In this document: positions 7,433 through 16,998 of the stretch, in pieces
Layout of the letters: each line of letters starts with the position of its first letter
How positions within the stretch are numbered: position 1 is the stretch's first letter
Origin: a virus
Direction: 5' to 3' (one strand)
Length of the DNA: 64,000 nt
IMG/VR virus record: IMGVR_UViG_3300035182_001904
The notes under the pieces: model-generated
Seen by the model: only the letters and a program-made list of their open reading frames with translations
Databases searched by the model: none
What the model was told of the DNA's origin: nothing
Made by a program: the position numbers and the translations under genes

Positions 7433-10400
7433 ATGGCAGACCAGCAGTCGAACGACACCATCCGCCAGATGATGTCGGGCTTCTCGGCGATGCAATTCAA
7501 CCTTGGATTGCTGCCGATGCCGCAAGCCCAAGCGATGGGCGGCGCGGGTCAGCAGTTCCAAGCACCACCCCCACCACCGCCCGTGATGCACCCCGGTGAG
7601 GCGGCACTCCAGGCGTTGCAACGCCACGACAACATGGTGCAGCAGACGCTGCAGGCTGCACAGGTCACGCGCTACCAGCCGCCACCGTCAGCTCCGACGC
7701 CGTCGGTGAGCGCGATGGTCGGCATGGGCGCGATGAACCCCTTCATGGCACCGCCGGTCGGCGGCGGGTTCAGTGGCGGGAACGGCGGGGGCGGCTATGG
7801 AGGCGGTGGATTCGCAGGCGGCGGCGCGTTTGCTGGTGGCGGCTTCGCAGGCGGCGGCGCTCCGCGGATGCCTTCGATCTTCAACCCGTTCGCACCCACG
7901 ATGCCGCAGGCACACTTCGCATCGCCTGCAATGCGCAACTTGCAAATGATGCAACACGCGCAATCAAGCGCGATGAGTATGGCGGCAGGCGTCACCGAAG
8001 GCGTGATGGGTGTTGGCGGCAGTGTGATCGGCGGCGCATTGGGGTCGGCACTGGGTCCGCTTGGCACGATGGCAGGGTCGTGGCTCGGCGGCAAGATTGG
8101 CGGAGCTGTGTCGGGCGTGATGACGGGCAACGTCACACAGGACTTTGCACGTGGACGACAGATTCAGCAGATGACGTCACCGTTCATGGTGTCAGGTTCG
8201 AACTTGAACATGATGACGGGTCAAGGGATGGACCCGACAGCGGCACGTCAGACTGCGACAGGTCTCCGACACATGCAGCGTGACTATGACTTCGAGCGCA
8301 CGGGGTTCAACTCCCAGGACGCGATGAAGATCATGCAGCTATCCGGGCAGCAAGGACTCCTGACGGGCGCGCAGTCACCGGACCAGCTCGTTGCGAAGGT
8401 CAAGGAGATCTCCAAGGCGGTCAAGGTGCTGATGAAGATCACCGGCGACCCGGATGTGCGTGACGCCATCCATTCGCTCGGCGAGATGCGGACGATGGGC
8501 TTCCAAGGCCTCGCGGCGCAAGCAGGCGCTGTTGCGAACCGTGCGGCGTTCGCACGCATGGCCGGTGTTTCCCAGGCGGAGATGGGTCAGTACGGTCAGA
8601 TGGGCGCAGGCATGGCCCAACAGATGGGCCTTGCAGGTGCGACGGGTGTGATGGCGGGACAGGCAGGCGCAGGTCTAGCAAACATCGCGGGGTCGACGGG
8701 AGCGCTCAACGATCTGCAGATGGCGCGCGCTGGCGGTCACCAAGGCGTCGCACAGATCCTGGCGAAGGCGCAGCTCGGTGCGATGGACGACGGTCGTTAC
8801 CTCGCGGCGTCACTCACACGGGACAAACACGGCGCACTGACCGTCGATCCGAACCTCTATCGGCGCGCACAGGGCCTTTCGATGCAGGAGGTCTCGCAGA
8901 TGGCGGCGACCAAGCGGCGCGAGATCGGCGTCTCGGGCAACCTCGAGTTCGCCAACCGCACCCAGGAGTTCACGGACCAGATCGCTCAGAAGCTCAGCCC
9001 GCTCGAGATGCAGCTGATGTCGTACCGCCAAGCGCAGGCGCTCCAGCAGAAGATCGGCCATGGTGCGGACCTCGCGGTAGGCTTCCGTGCGATGGGGATG
9101 TCGGAGACCGAATCGCGCACGATGGCGAAGATGGGTGAGAGCCGTGAGTTCTGGGACGCACAGGTCGATCAGCTCAAGGTCCGTCGTCGCGATGCCGCCG
9201 ATGAAGATCGTGCGCGTCGCGAGCAGTACCGGACGCCTGGGCTCGGTACGCGAGCACGCCGTGCGATCGGGCGGTTTGGTGCGGGCGTGAGTGAGGCCAT
9301 CTCATCACCCTTCCGGTCGATCTCGGAACACTTCGAGCGGGTTCACGAAGACGAGGCGGCTGCAGGGCGCGGCGAGCTTATCGATCGCTACAGCGAAGGT
9401 GAGATGGCGCGTACCGAAGGCGAACGTGGCATGGCACGAGCGGGCCTCCGTCGCTTCGGACGACAATACGGCGAAGGCGCTGGCGAGAGCCCCATGGACC
9501 GTATCGGCACGACCCAGGGTCTTGGCGGGCACGCGGACCGGCAGATGAACCGCATGGTTAGCTGGCTTGGCCTCACGGGCGAGAGTGATGAGAACCGGTT
9601 CGTCGAGATCGCAAGCCATTCACGGGGCAGCTTCGGCGGCTGGCACCCGTTTGCGTCGTTCGGCAACGTCGGCGACGCCGTTACACGCGTGCGTGACGTG
9701 AGCGAGGCGGGTCAAGCGGTCACACGCGGTGAGGCGATGACGCGCGAGAAGGCGATGGCAGCCTACTCCGAGCTTCAGACCTCGGGGCAAGACACCCAAC
9801 ACAAGGACTTCAACGTACACAAGGGCCTGCAGGCGGCTGTGACCACGTTGCGTTCGAGCCTCGACGATCTGAAGGCTAGCGGTGTAGACAGTGCGTCGGC
9901 GGTAGGCGCTAGCGAACTACGTAAAGCGGGCATCGAGATGTACAAGTCGCAGGGCTTTTCCGATAGCGACGCGGCGCAGAAGTACGAGGCCAACAAGCCC
10001 ACCGTCAACGCCATGCTGACGCGTGAGATCATGCGCGGCGGTAACAAGGGCCACATCGAAACACTGATGAAGGCAAAGGACGTGCAAGAGGCGATCGGCG
10101 GTGTGGACTGGAAGCGCTCTCGAGAAGGTCACGAGAAGGCTATCAAGGCGCTGTACCGCAAGGCCGGACTCACGGGTACCAAGTACGGGTGGTTCAACAA
10201 GACCTCTGAGGAAATCTCCATCGACGAGAAGACGCGGGCGAGTCTGAAGGCGACGTTCGGTGCGGCAGACGTTGAGCGTGACAAGGACGGCAACCTCGCC
10301 AAGCGCGGCAAGGACATGCTTACACTTGCGGCTGCGTACGCCACCGTTGCAGCCAATTCGACCCCGGCAGAGAAAGACAAGGCCAACGCGATCATCACGG

Positions 10401-11059
10401 CCATGCAAGGGGAATACGGTGACAAGTTCAGCGCACTCAAAGAAGACGCTGAAGAGAAGATGGGCCATATGGATGAGGACACGCGTAAAGCCCTCATCAA
10501 GACCGTGACGACAGGCGCGAGTCCGAAGGAAGCGGGAGAAGGCGTCGAAGCAATCGAAGGCGCGCTGGAGATGACGCTCGAAGGTGCCACCCAGAAGAAG
10601 TTCCTCCAGACATTGTCGGAGAAGGTGGGGGACAAGGGGCTTGCTGACGCTAAGTTCGCGGTCGACGCCGTCGAAGGGTTGACGGACACGCAGATGAAAA
10701 ACCTCGAAGACACATCTCCGGCGCTCCACAAGAAGCTGCTGGCGGCGAGGGCCAAGCCCAAGGGTGCTGATCGAGACGCAGCAATCCAGAAAGTCATCTC
10801 GGAAGTTGGTGGCGTCACCAAGACAAAAGAGATCTCCGGCGGCGGCACCGACCGCTCCGCACAGGCTATCGACGATCAGATCTCCGCAGTCGAGGAGATG
10901 CGTGACAAGGTTGCCAAGGGCGACGCCAGCTCGTCGGACATCGGACAACTCACGGCGGACAGCACGGTGTTGTTCTCGTCGTCGGTGAAGGACTTCCAAG
11001 AGTCGGTCACCACCCTCAAGCAAGTACTCAACAACTCCAGCCAACAGTCGAGATTTTAG
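7433..11059 (+). CDS. tail tape measure protein
   Basis: 1208 aa, Ala/Gly/Gln/Met-rich and helical-looking, with a glycine-zipper hydrophobic stretch; lies between chaperone and baseplate genes. Confidence 0.75.
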   Translation: MADQQSNDTIRQMMSGFSAMQFNLGLLPMPQAQAMGGAGQQFQAPPPPPPVMHPGEAALQALQRHDNMVQQTLQAAQVTRYQPPPSAPTPSVSAMVGMGAMNPFMAPPVGGGFSGGNGGGGYGGGGFAGGGAFAGGGFAGGGAPRMPSIFNPFAPTMPQAHFASPAMRNLQMMQHAQSSAMSMAAGVTEGVMGVGGSVIGGALGSALGPLGTMAGSWLGGKIGGAVSGVMTGNVTQDFARGRQIQQMTSPFMVSGSNLNMMTGQGMDPTAARQTATGLRHMQRDYDFERTGFNSQDAMKIMQLSGQQGLLTGAQSPDQLVAKVKEISKAVKVLMKITGDPDVRDAIHSLGEMRTMGFQGLAAQAGAVANRAAFARMAGVSQAEMGQYGQMGAGMAQQMGLAGATGVMAGQAGAGLANIAGSTGALNDLQMARAGGHQGVAQILAKAQLGAMDDGRYLAASLTRDKHGALTVDPNLYRRAQGLSMQEVSQMAATKRREIGVSGNLEFANRTQEFTDQIAQKLSPLEMQLMSYRQAQALQQKIGHGADLAVGFRAMGMSETESRTMAKMGESREFWDAQVDQLKVRRRDAADEDRARREQYRTPGLGTRARRAIGRFGAGVSEAISSPFRSISEHFERVHEDEAAAGRGELIDRYSEGEMARTEGERGMARAGLRRFGRQYGEGAGESPMDRIGTTQGLGGHADRQMNRMVSWLGLTGESDENRFVEIASHSRGSFGGWHPFASFGNVGDAVTRVRDVSEAGQAVTRGEAMTREKAMAAYSELQTSGQDTQHKDFNVHKGLQAAVTTLRSSLDDLKASGVDSASAVGASELRKAGIEMYKSQGFSDSDAAQKYEANKPTVNAMLTREIMRGGNKGHIETLMKAKDVQEAIGGVDWKRSREGHEKAIKALYRKAGLTGTKYGWFNKTSEEISIDEKTRASLKATFGAADVERDKDGNLAKRGKDMLTLAAAYATVAANSTPAEKDKANAIITAMQGEYGDKFSALKEDAEEKMGHMDEDTRKALIKTVTTGASPKEAGEGVEAIEGALEMTLEGATQKKFLQTLSEKVGDKGLADAKFAVDAVEGLTDTQMKNLEDTSPALHKKLLAARAKPKGADRDAAIQKVISEVGGVTKTKEISGGGTDRSAQAIDDQISAVEEMRDKVAKGDASSSDIGQLTADSTVLFSSSVKDFQESVTTLKQVLNNSSQQSRF

Positions 11060-11061
11060 CC

Positions 11062-12183
11062 ATGGCCAACCCACTTGATTTCGGTCTGTTCGAACCTGCG
11101 AACAACAAGGGGCAGGACGTCTCGACGCTAGACGGGACGCTGTTTGCGGTGCTCTCGCAAGGGCGAGTCAACGCGGTGACGGCAGCAGCGTCCAAGCCGG
11201 ACATGTACAACCGCGGCCAGCAAGGCGTCTTCGGGGCGAACCCGTTGATGACGCCGAAGTACGCGCGGAACGACGGCAGGCTGCGTGACGCGGAGTTCCG
11301 CGACACGATGGCGCGGCTGTACATCTCGCTTGCCGACGCAGGCAACCCGGCCATCGACGCCTACCTTGCGAGCCTGCCCAACCAGGAGACGAAAGCGCTC
11401 GCGCAGGTCCTGCTCTCGAGCGGGAAGGGCGGCTCCGCAGGTACCGGCTTCATCGACTTCTTCTTGACGTCAGCCAACGAGTCGTTCCAAGAAGTGATGC
11501 AGGTCGACAAGGTTCTCGCAGACGACTACGTCGCGTTCTACTACGGACAAAGCCCGCCGATGTTCCAGTACTCGGGCGTCCTGCTCAACTCGATGCAGGA
11601 CGATCACCGCTCGGGATTCGCCCGCGCGTACCTCGAGCTGCTCCGAGGCACACAGCTCGCACGTCGCGGTGCTCTTGCCCGCCTGCGCTACGACTCCGTC
11701 ATCGTGTCCGGCACGATGAACGCGCACCAACAAGTTCTGGTGGCTGACAACGAGCTGGCTGTTCAGTTCTCGTTCTCCTTCCTCGTGAAGGAGTACGTCA
11801 TCCTGCCCAACGCCAAGTTCACCAAGATGCGTCCCGAGCAATACGTGCAGCTCGCCGCGCAGGCGGAGATCGCCAAGCTGGCGCCGACGGGCGTAGCCAA
11901 CGACCAGCGTGTGCGCACGGTCTCGGTGACACCGCCCATCCCTGCAGGTCAGTCAGCCGCAGGCACTCCCGCACCCACGACTGTGATCGACACGAGCCAG
12001 AACTCGATGGTGCAAACGGACGGCGCGGCTGCACAGTACCGCCCGGGCTTGGACCCAACGGCGAACACCAAGGGCACGATTCAAACGCCGGCCCCAGCAC
12101 CGCAGCAATCCTTCGCAACGATCAACCCGGCCAACAACGTCTTGACGCCCACGCCCAACTCCTCTTTCCGCACGGTGCCGTGA
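11062..12183 (+). CDS. putative tail tube initiator / baseplate protein
   Basis: Follows the tape measure; beta-rich central domain (YYGQSPPMFQYSGVLL...FSFSFLV) and Pro/Thr-rich tail. Confidence 0.4.
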   Translation: MANPLDFGLFEPANNKGQDVSTLDGTLFAVLSQGRVNAVTAAASKPDMYNRGQQGVFGANPLMTPKYARNDGRLRDAEFRDTMARLYISLADAGNPAIDAYLASLPNQETKALAQVLLSSGKGGSAGTGFIDFFLTSANESFQEVMQVDKVLADDYVAFYYGQSPPMFQYSGVLLNSMQDDHRSGFARAYLELLRGTQLARRGALARLRYDSVIVSGTMNAHQQVLVADNELAVQFSFSFLVKEYVILPNAKFTKMRPEQYVQLAAQAEIAKLAPTGVANDQRVRTVSVTPPIPAGQSAAGTPAPTTVIDTSQNSMVQTDGAAAQYRPGLDPTANTKGTIQTPAPAPQQSFATINPANNVLTPTPNSSFRTVP

Positions 12184-12186
12184 CCC

Positions 12187-12630
12187 ATGACCACCTGTTG
12201 GAACGGAACCGCGTCCCTCTTCGAGAAGCAGCTCCTGTTGCCGCTTCCGTCCTACCCGCTCGAGCAACTGCGGCAGCGGTTCTTGTATGCCGTCGTGGAT
12301 CCGAACGACCTGAAGAAAGGCGCACGGATCGTCTTTCAGATGGCCTTCGAGACCGAACTCAGCGCGGTGCTGAACAAACTGATCACGCTTCCTGCAGACG
12401 TTCCTGAGTCGAACGTGTGTGAGCGTCGTCGCTTTCTTGACATCGATGGAAGCATGCGTTTGCAGCGCTACTTGATCGGGCCCGCAATCGATGCGCTCGG
12501 TGAGGTCCCCGCTATTCCACAGTCTTATGTCGAATTGATCCGGCTCTACGCAATGGCGCCATATCCTCGATACCGTACGTGCGCGTTGGCCGCGACCGTG
12601 TGTCTCGCAACCCAGATGTTGATCGCATGA
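12187..12630 (+). CDS. hypothetical protein in baseplate cluster
   Basis: ORF track; ATGA overlap with the hub gene. Confidence 0.55.
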   Translation: MTTCWNGTASLFEKQLLLPLPSYPLEQLRQRFLYAVVDPNDLKKGARIVFQMAFETELSAVLNKLITLPADVPESNVCERRRFLDIDGSMRLQRYLIGPAIDALGEVPAIPQSYVELIRLYAMAPYPRYRTCALAATVCLATQMLIA

Positions 12631-15600
12631 CCACTGCTTCCAAGACCACGTTCTCTGCCAGTGCGCCGCGTCAGGCTGCATTCATCGTCTATATCAACGG
12701 CATCGAAGTGCCGGCGAAGTCCGTCTCGATGCGTTATGGCGTCTGGCAAGTCCCCGAGATGCAGATCGAGATGACCGCAGACCCGACGTTGACGCGTCTC
12801 GGGGCTGAAGACCGTGTGCAGGTCGCTGTGTTCTACCTCGATGACTGTGACGTCGTACCCGGCGTCGCGCCGGCGTTCCGTCTGTTCGGCGAAGGGGAGA
12901 TCACCGGGTGGGGCTACCGCAACACTGGTGCAGGCCGGTCGATCATGTTCACAGCCGTGAACCAGATTGCAATCTACACACAGCTGACGGTTCACTTCCT
13001 GAACACGTTCGATGATCTCGTTGGAGATGCGACCAACCCCGCCCAGGGCGTCACCAACCTGTCGACGCCCTCCTCACACCTGGTCTATCCCCTCGCGCTG
13101 TTCACCCAAGGGTTGCTCGAGGTCGGAGACGCGAAGGTCGACTTCATCAAGCGCCCCTTTGACTTCCTCTACAACACCGTGCGCGGAATGCTCGACGTGC
13201 GCGTCCCCGCCGATCACCAAGCCATCCCCGCATCCAACTTCTTTGCACGCTGGGCACGGCTGACCAACTTCCTCAACAAGTTCGTCGCGTCGCCGTTCTT
13301 CGACGAAGTTTCTGCGTTCAGCGACAACATCTTCCCCGCGCTCAAGGCGATTCAAAGCGTCTCGGCCGTCAGCACGATCGTCAAGAACCTCATCCCTCCG
13401 GTTCAAAACGCAGGCTCGATCTGGGACATGCTCGAGACCGTCATTCAGACGCTCTTGACCGAGATCGCGATGATCCCGTCGATGCCGCTGGTCACCGTCG
13501 ACCTGGCAACGAGCCTCATCCAGCCCACGAACTTCAACGAGCACACGCTCGCCCCGGCACCCGGCTGGACGGACCAACTTCTCACGGTCACCGGGAACCA
13601 GCTTCGTACGTTCGATGGCACGTTGATCACGGGCCTCGTGAACGGTCACCAGATCGCGCTCGTCAACGGTGTTGCCATCGACAGCGTCACGAAGGCGCCG
13701 ATCAAGTACGGAGACACGCTCGAGAGCGCGACGGCCAAGGCGAACGCGAAGAAGTGGGTCCCGACGCTGAGCCTCGACAGCCGCAAGACCAAGCCCAAGC
13801 GCATCCCCAACTACTTCGTCAAGCCACAGAGCTTGTTCAGCATCCCGCCAGCGTGCAACACCGTCTTCCCGTCACAGCTCCTCAACATGACGTACGAGGA
13901 GAACTATGCGACGCAGCCCACGCGCCTCTACTTCAATGACGGCACCGTCAACCGGCTCCTGAACACGCAGGGCGCCGCGATGAAGCAGACCATCCTGGAT
14001 GCGCTGGCCATCGGATACCCCGAGGAGGTCGACCTCTACGAGAAGGAGCGTCACGCGTCCCCCGCCTACAACTCGAAGAACTTCCTCCTCTACCCCGAGG
14101 AGTTCTTCAAGGGTCCGGTGATGGACCGTCGCGACATCCCGCCGTGGATGTTCTTCCTGAGTGCCCAGGAGAACCACATCAACCCAACACCTGTGGGCGG
14201 GATTCCTCCAACACCGCCAGCGCCGGCGCAGACCGGGGCAACGCCCGCACCGCAGCCACACTTCCCGACGCCTGCGATTCGAACGCCTGGCGAGACGGCC
14301 AACACCAACCCGACGCTGCCGCTACCGGGACGTTGGGTGTGGCCCGTCGCGATGTTCGAAGGACGGAAGCCGGTTATCGGGCACGAGTTTGACCCGACAC
14401 CCGGCAAAGAACGTGGTGTGGTTCACCCCGGGCTCGACCTTTTTTTCGAACACAAAGCGACAGACCCGTGGACGAAGAATACGCCCAATCGGTCCAAGGG
14501 TGGCGGCTTCGTCATGCCCAACGGCGTGACCGTCGTGGCAGCACATGATGGTGTTGTATGGTCTGCTGGTCAAACGCCGGTCGGTTACACGATTGTTATC
14601 GACCACGGTCCGTTGAAGTGCTGCACGTACTATACACACATGTCTTCCATGTATATGGAGCCCACGCAAAGGGCTGCATCGGGACAGCGTGTCACCGCAG
14701 GTACACCACTCGGGATCGTCGGGTACTCCCCACGCGACGAAGCCAAGTTGATGCACTTGCACTTCGAACTCTGGTTTCCGGGACCTACCAACTTCGTTAA
14801 TCCTGCGCCCTACATGAAGGCGGGCCCGTGGGAGTATGTGACCGCGGGGCAAGCATTGCCTCCTGCAGCGCCTGCGCCTGCAACACCACAAGCCGCAACA
14901 TCCAACCAACCGGCACCGGCAGCTCCGACACCCCCGACGCCGACGCCTGCAGCCTTCGACGCCACGCAGACGGATACCGACACCGTCTACAAGCTCTACG
15001 CGAAGTTCGAGTACTTCCGCGAACGCTACGCCAAGCGAACGGGTTCCGCTTCCATCTCGTGGAACCCCTACGTCGTCCCCGGCTTTCCAGCGGTGATTCT
15101 GGATCAACGCGCGTCTCGCGTGGACCTGTTCGTCTACGTCACGACGGTTCAGCAGTCGATGTCACACGACGGTCGGCGCGGCACTACGCTCTCCTTCTCT
15201 TACGGACGTCAGATTCAGGAGATGTTTCAACTCTTGAACGAAGAGTTCTCGAGGAATGACGCGACAGCGCGCGGCGCAGCGCCTGAAGAACCCATTCGCG
15301 ACGTCAGCAAGATCCTGCAGTCGTTTCCCAAGGCCGAGGCCTACTACCAGAACTTGTTCTACGGGGCCCAGCCGCTCTACGGTAAGGACGCATCCTTCGA
15401 CTTCCGGAAGATCTTGGCATTCGCTGCCAAGGTCCCCGGCGCATCACCCGAACCTATCTACGTCAACGGGCCGGACGCCGCGACGGATGACGCTGTAGTG
15501 CAAGCGACACAGGACTACGCGACACTGCTAGCCAAACGGACCCCGTTGGCCATACAGGTCACGACGCTACAAACGCAGATTGATGTTCATCTAGGAATCA

Positions 15601-16241
15601 TCAAACAGAACACGTCTTCGTTTGGTGCGTCGTCTACCACGCTGAACTCGCCGTTGGACGACAATCTCAATCCCAATGCACTGCAGTCTCTGGTCAAGGA
15701 AATCTCGACCGCGGAAGCGGAAGCGGCTATCGCAACACTCACACCACCGTTGACGATCGCCAAGGCGGCGCTGGCAGACCTTGACGCACAGATTTTGTCT
15801 GTGTTGGCCATCAAGAACCAAACGTCGGTCGGCTCTGTGACACGCGTGGCCCATAACCTGGGCGGAAACAACGCTAACCGAGAGCTAGTTCCAACCGCGT
15901 TCTCTAGCGCCTGTTTCGAGAGTCGAGACGCAGCCATGCGCTACAACTGGCGGCCTATCTGCACGCTCGATGAATACATCGTGTTCTACAACTCCGCAGG
16001 TGAGGGAGAGGTCCCCGCATTCGGGCATGCACATAGCGTGGGCGCACGGTACTTCTCGCGCATCCGCCGCATCGTGTATCAGGACCTCCCGGACGCAGTG
16101 CCGCCCAACATCACGGGGCTCGACTCACCTGCGGTGACGGGGCTGACCTCGACCAGCTTCTCCCAATCCCGAAGCGATTGGGACGCGATCCTTCTGGCCT
16201 ATCGCAACAACGTCTTGGCCATCAAGACACCGAGAACCTAG
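12627..16241 (+). CDS. baseplate hub-like protein with internal M23 peptidase domain
   Basis: Hub-like N-terminus (FIVYINGIEVP) and NPYVVPGFP. The M23 motifs HPGLD, YYTHM and HLHFE sit between Pro/Ala/Thr linkers. Start at ATG 12627. Confidence 0.7.
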   Translation: MTTASKTTFSASAPRQAAFIVYINGIEVPAKSVSMRYGVWQVPEMQIEMTADPTLTRLGAEDRVQVAVFYLDDCDVVPGVAPAFRLFGEGEITGWGYRNTGAGRSIMFTAVNQIAIYTQLTVHFLNTFDDLVGDATNPAQGVTNLSTPSSHLVYPLALFTQGLLEVGDAKVDFIKRPFDFLYNTVRGMLDVRVPADHQAIPASNFFARWARLTNFLNKFVASPFFDEVSAFSDNIFPALKAIQSVSAVSTIVKNLIPPVQNAGSIWDMLETVIQTLLTEIAMIPSMPLVTVDLATSLIQPTNFNEHTLAPAPGWTDQLLTVTGNQLRTFDGTLITGLVNGHQIALVNGVAIDSVTKAPIKYGDTLESATAKANAKKWVPTLSLDSRKTKPKRIPNYFVKPQSLFSIPPACNTVFPSQLLNMTYEENYATQPTRLYFNDGTVNRLLNTQGAAMKQTILDALAIGYPEEVDLYEKERHASPAYNSKNFLLYPEEFFKGPVMDRRDIPPWMFFLSAQENHINPTPVGGIPPTPPAPAQTGATPAPQPHFPTPAIRTPGETANTNPTLPLPGRWVWPVAMFEGRKPVIGHEFDPTPGKERGVVHPGLDLFFEHKATDPWTKNTPNRSKGGGFVMPNGVTVVAAHDGVVWSAGQTPVGYTIVIDHGPLKCCTYYTHMSSMYMEPTQRAASGQRVTAGTPLGIVGYSPRDEAKLMHLHFELWFPGPTNFVNPAPYMKAGPWEYVTAGQALPPAAPAPATPQAATSNQPAPAAPTPPTPTPAAFDATQTDTDTVYKLYAKFEYFRERYAKRTGSASISWNPYVVPGFPAVILDQRASRVDLFVYVTTVQQSMSHDGRRGTTLSFSYGRQIQEMFQLLNEEFSRNDATARGAAPEEPIRDVSKILQSFPKAEAYYQNLFYGAQPLYGKDASFDFRKILAFAAKVPGASPEPIYVNGPDAATDDAVVQATQDYATLLAKRTPLAIQVTTLQTQIDVHLGIIKQNTSSFGASSTTLNSPLDDNLNPNALQSLVKEISTAEAEAAIATLTPPLTIAKAALADLDAQILSVLAIKNQTSVGSVTRVAHNLGGNNANRELVPTAFSSACFESRDAAMRYNWRPICTLDEYIVFYNSAGEGEVPAFGHAHSVGARYFSRIRRIVYQDLPDAVPPNITGLDSPAVTGLTSTSFSQSRSDWDAILLAYRNNVLAIKTPRT

Positions 16242-16245
16242 TACC

Positions 16246-16998
16246 ATGCGACCCATGCCGAACACGCTCGCCCGTTTTGCGAAGTTGGCTGCCACGAGCC
16301 GCCAAACGCAGGACATCGACGCGTGGCACGCGTGGAAGAAGAGCCCGACGGATGCGAACGCCAGCGCGCTCCTCGCGCAGGTCAACCCGCTCATCCACCG
16401 TGAAGCCAACAAGTGGGCAGGTACCCTCGCACGGCCGTTGCTCGAGTCGGAGGGTAAGCGCCTCGCGATGGAGGCGTTCCACAGCTACGACCCGAACAAG
16501 GGTGCGGCGCTTGGCACACACGTCGTCAACCAGCTCCAGCGGCTGTCTCGGCTCAGCTACGCGAACCAGAACGTCGCACGGCTACCCGAGAACAAGATGT
16601 TGCTCTACCACAGCTACAACGTCGCCCACTCGGATCTGGCGGATGCCCTCGGACGCGCACCGACGACGGACGAGCTGGCGGATCAACTCGGGTGGCCGAT
16701 GCATCGCGTCGAGGAGTACCGCAAGTCGATCGGACGCAAGGAGCTGCTCGAGTCGGGTGGGCTCTTCGAGACGGGCGACGCAGGGCTCTACGATGCGGAC
16801 AAGCAAGAGCACGTCGTCGACTTCATCCACCACGACTTGTCTCCACAGCAGAAGGCAATCTTCGAACACCTGACGGGGTACGGGGGTGCTGAGCAACTCT
16901 CGAATCAAGAGATCCAGAAGAAGCTCAACATGACGCAGGGCCAATACAGCTACGCCAAGGCGAAGCTCATCGAGCACGTGGAGAAGGTCCATGGCTAA
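16246..16998 (+). CDS. divergent sigma70-family factor (regions 2, 3, 4)
   Basis: AFHSYDPNKGAALGTHV (region 2), LADALGRAPTTDELADQLG (region 3) and LSPQQKAIF...LSNQEIQKKLNMT (region 4 HTH). Confidence 0.8.
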   Translation: MRPMPNTLARFAKLAATSRQTQDIDAWHAWKKSPTDANASALLAQVNPLIHREANKWAGTLARPLLESEGKRLAMEAFHSYDPNKGAALGTHVVNQLQRLSRLSYANQNVARLPENKMLLYHSYNVAHSDLADALGRAPTTDELADQLGWPMHRVEEYRKSIGRKELLESGGLFETGDAGLYDADKQEHVVDFIHHDLSPQQKAIFEHLTGYGGAEQLSNQEIQKKLNMTQGQYSYAKAKLIEHVEKVHG

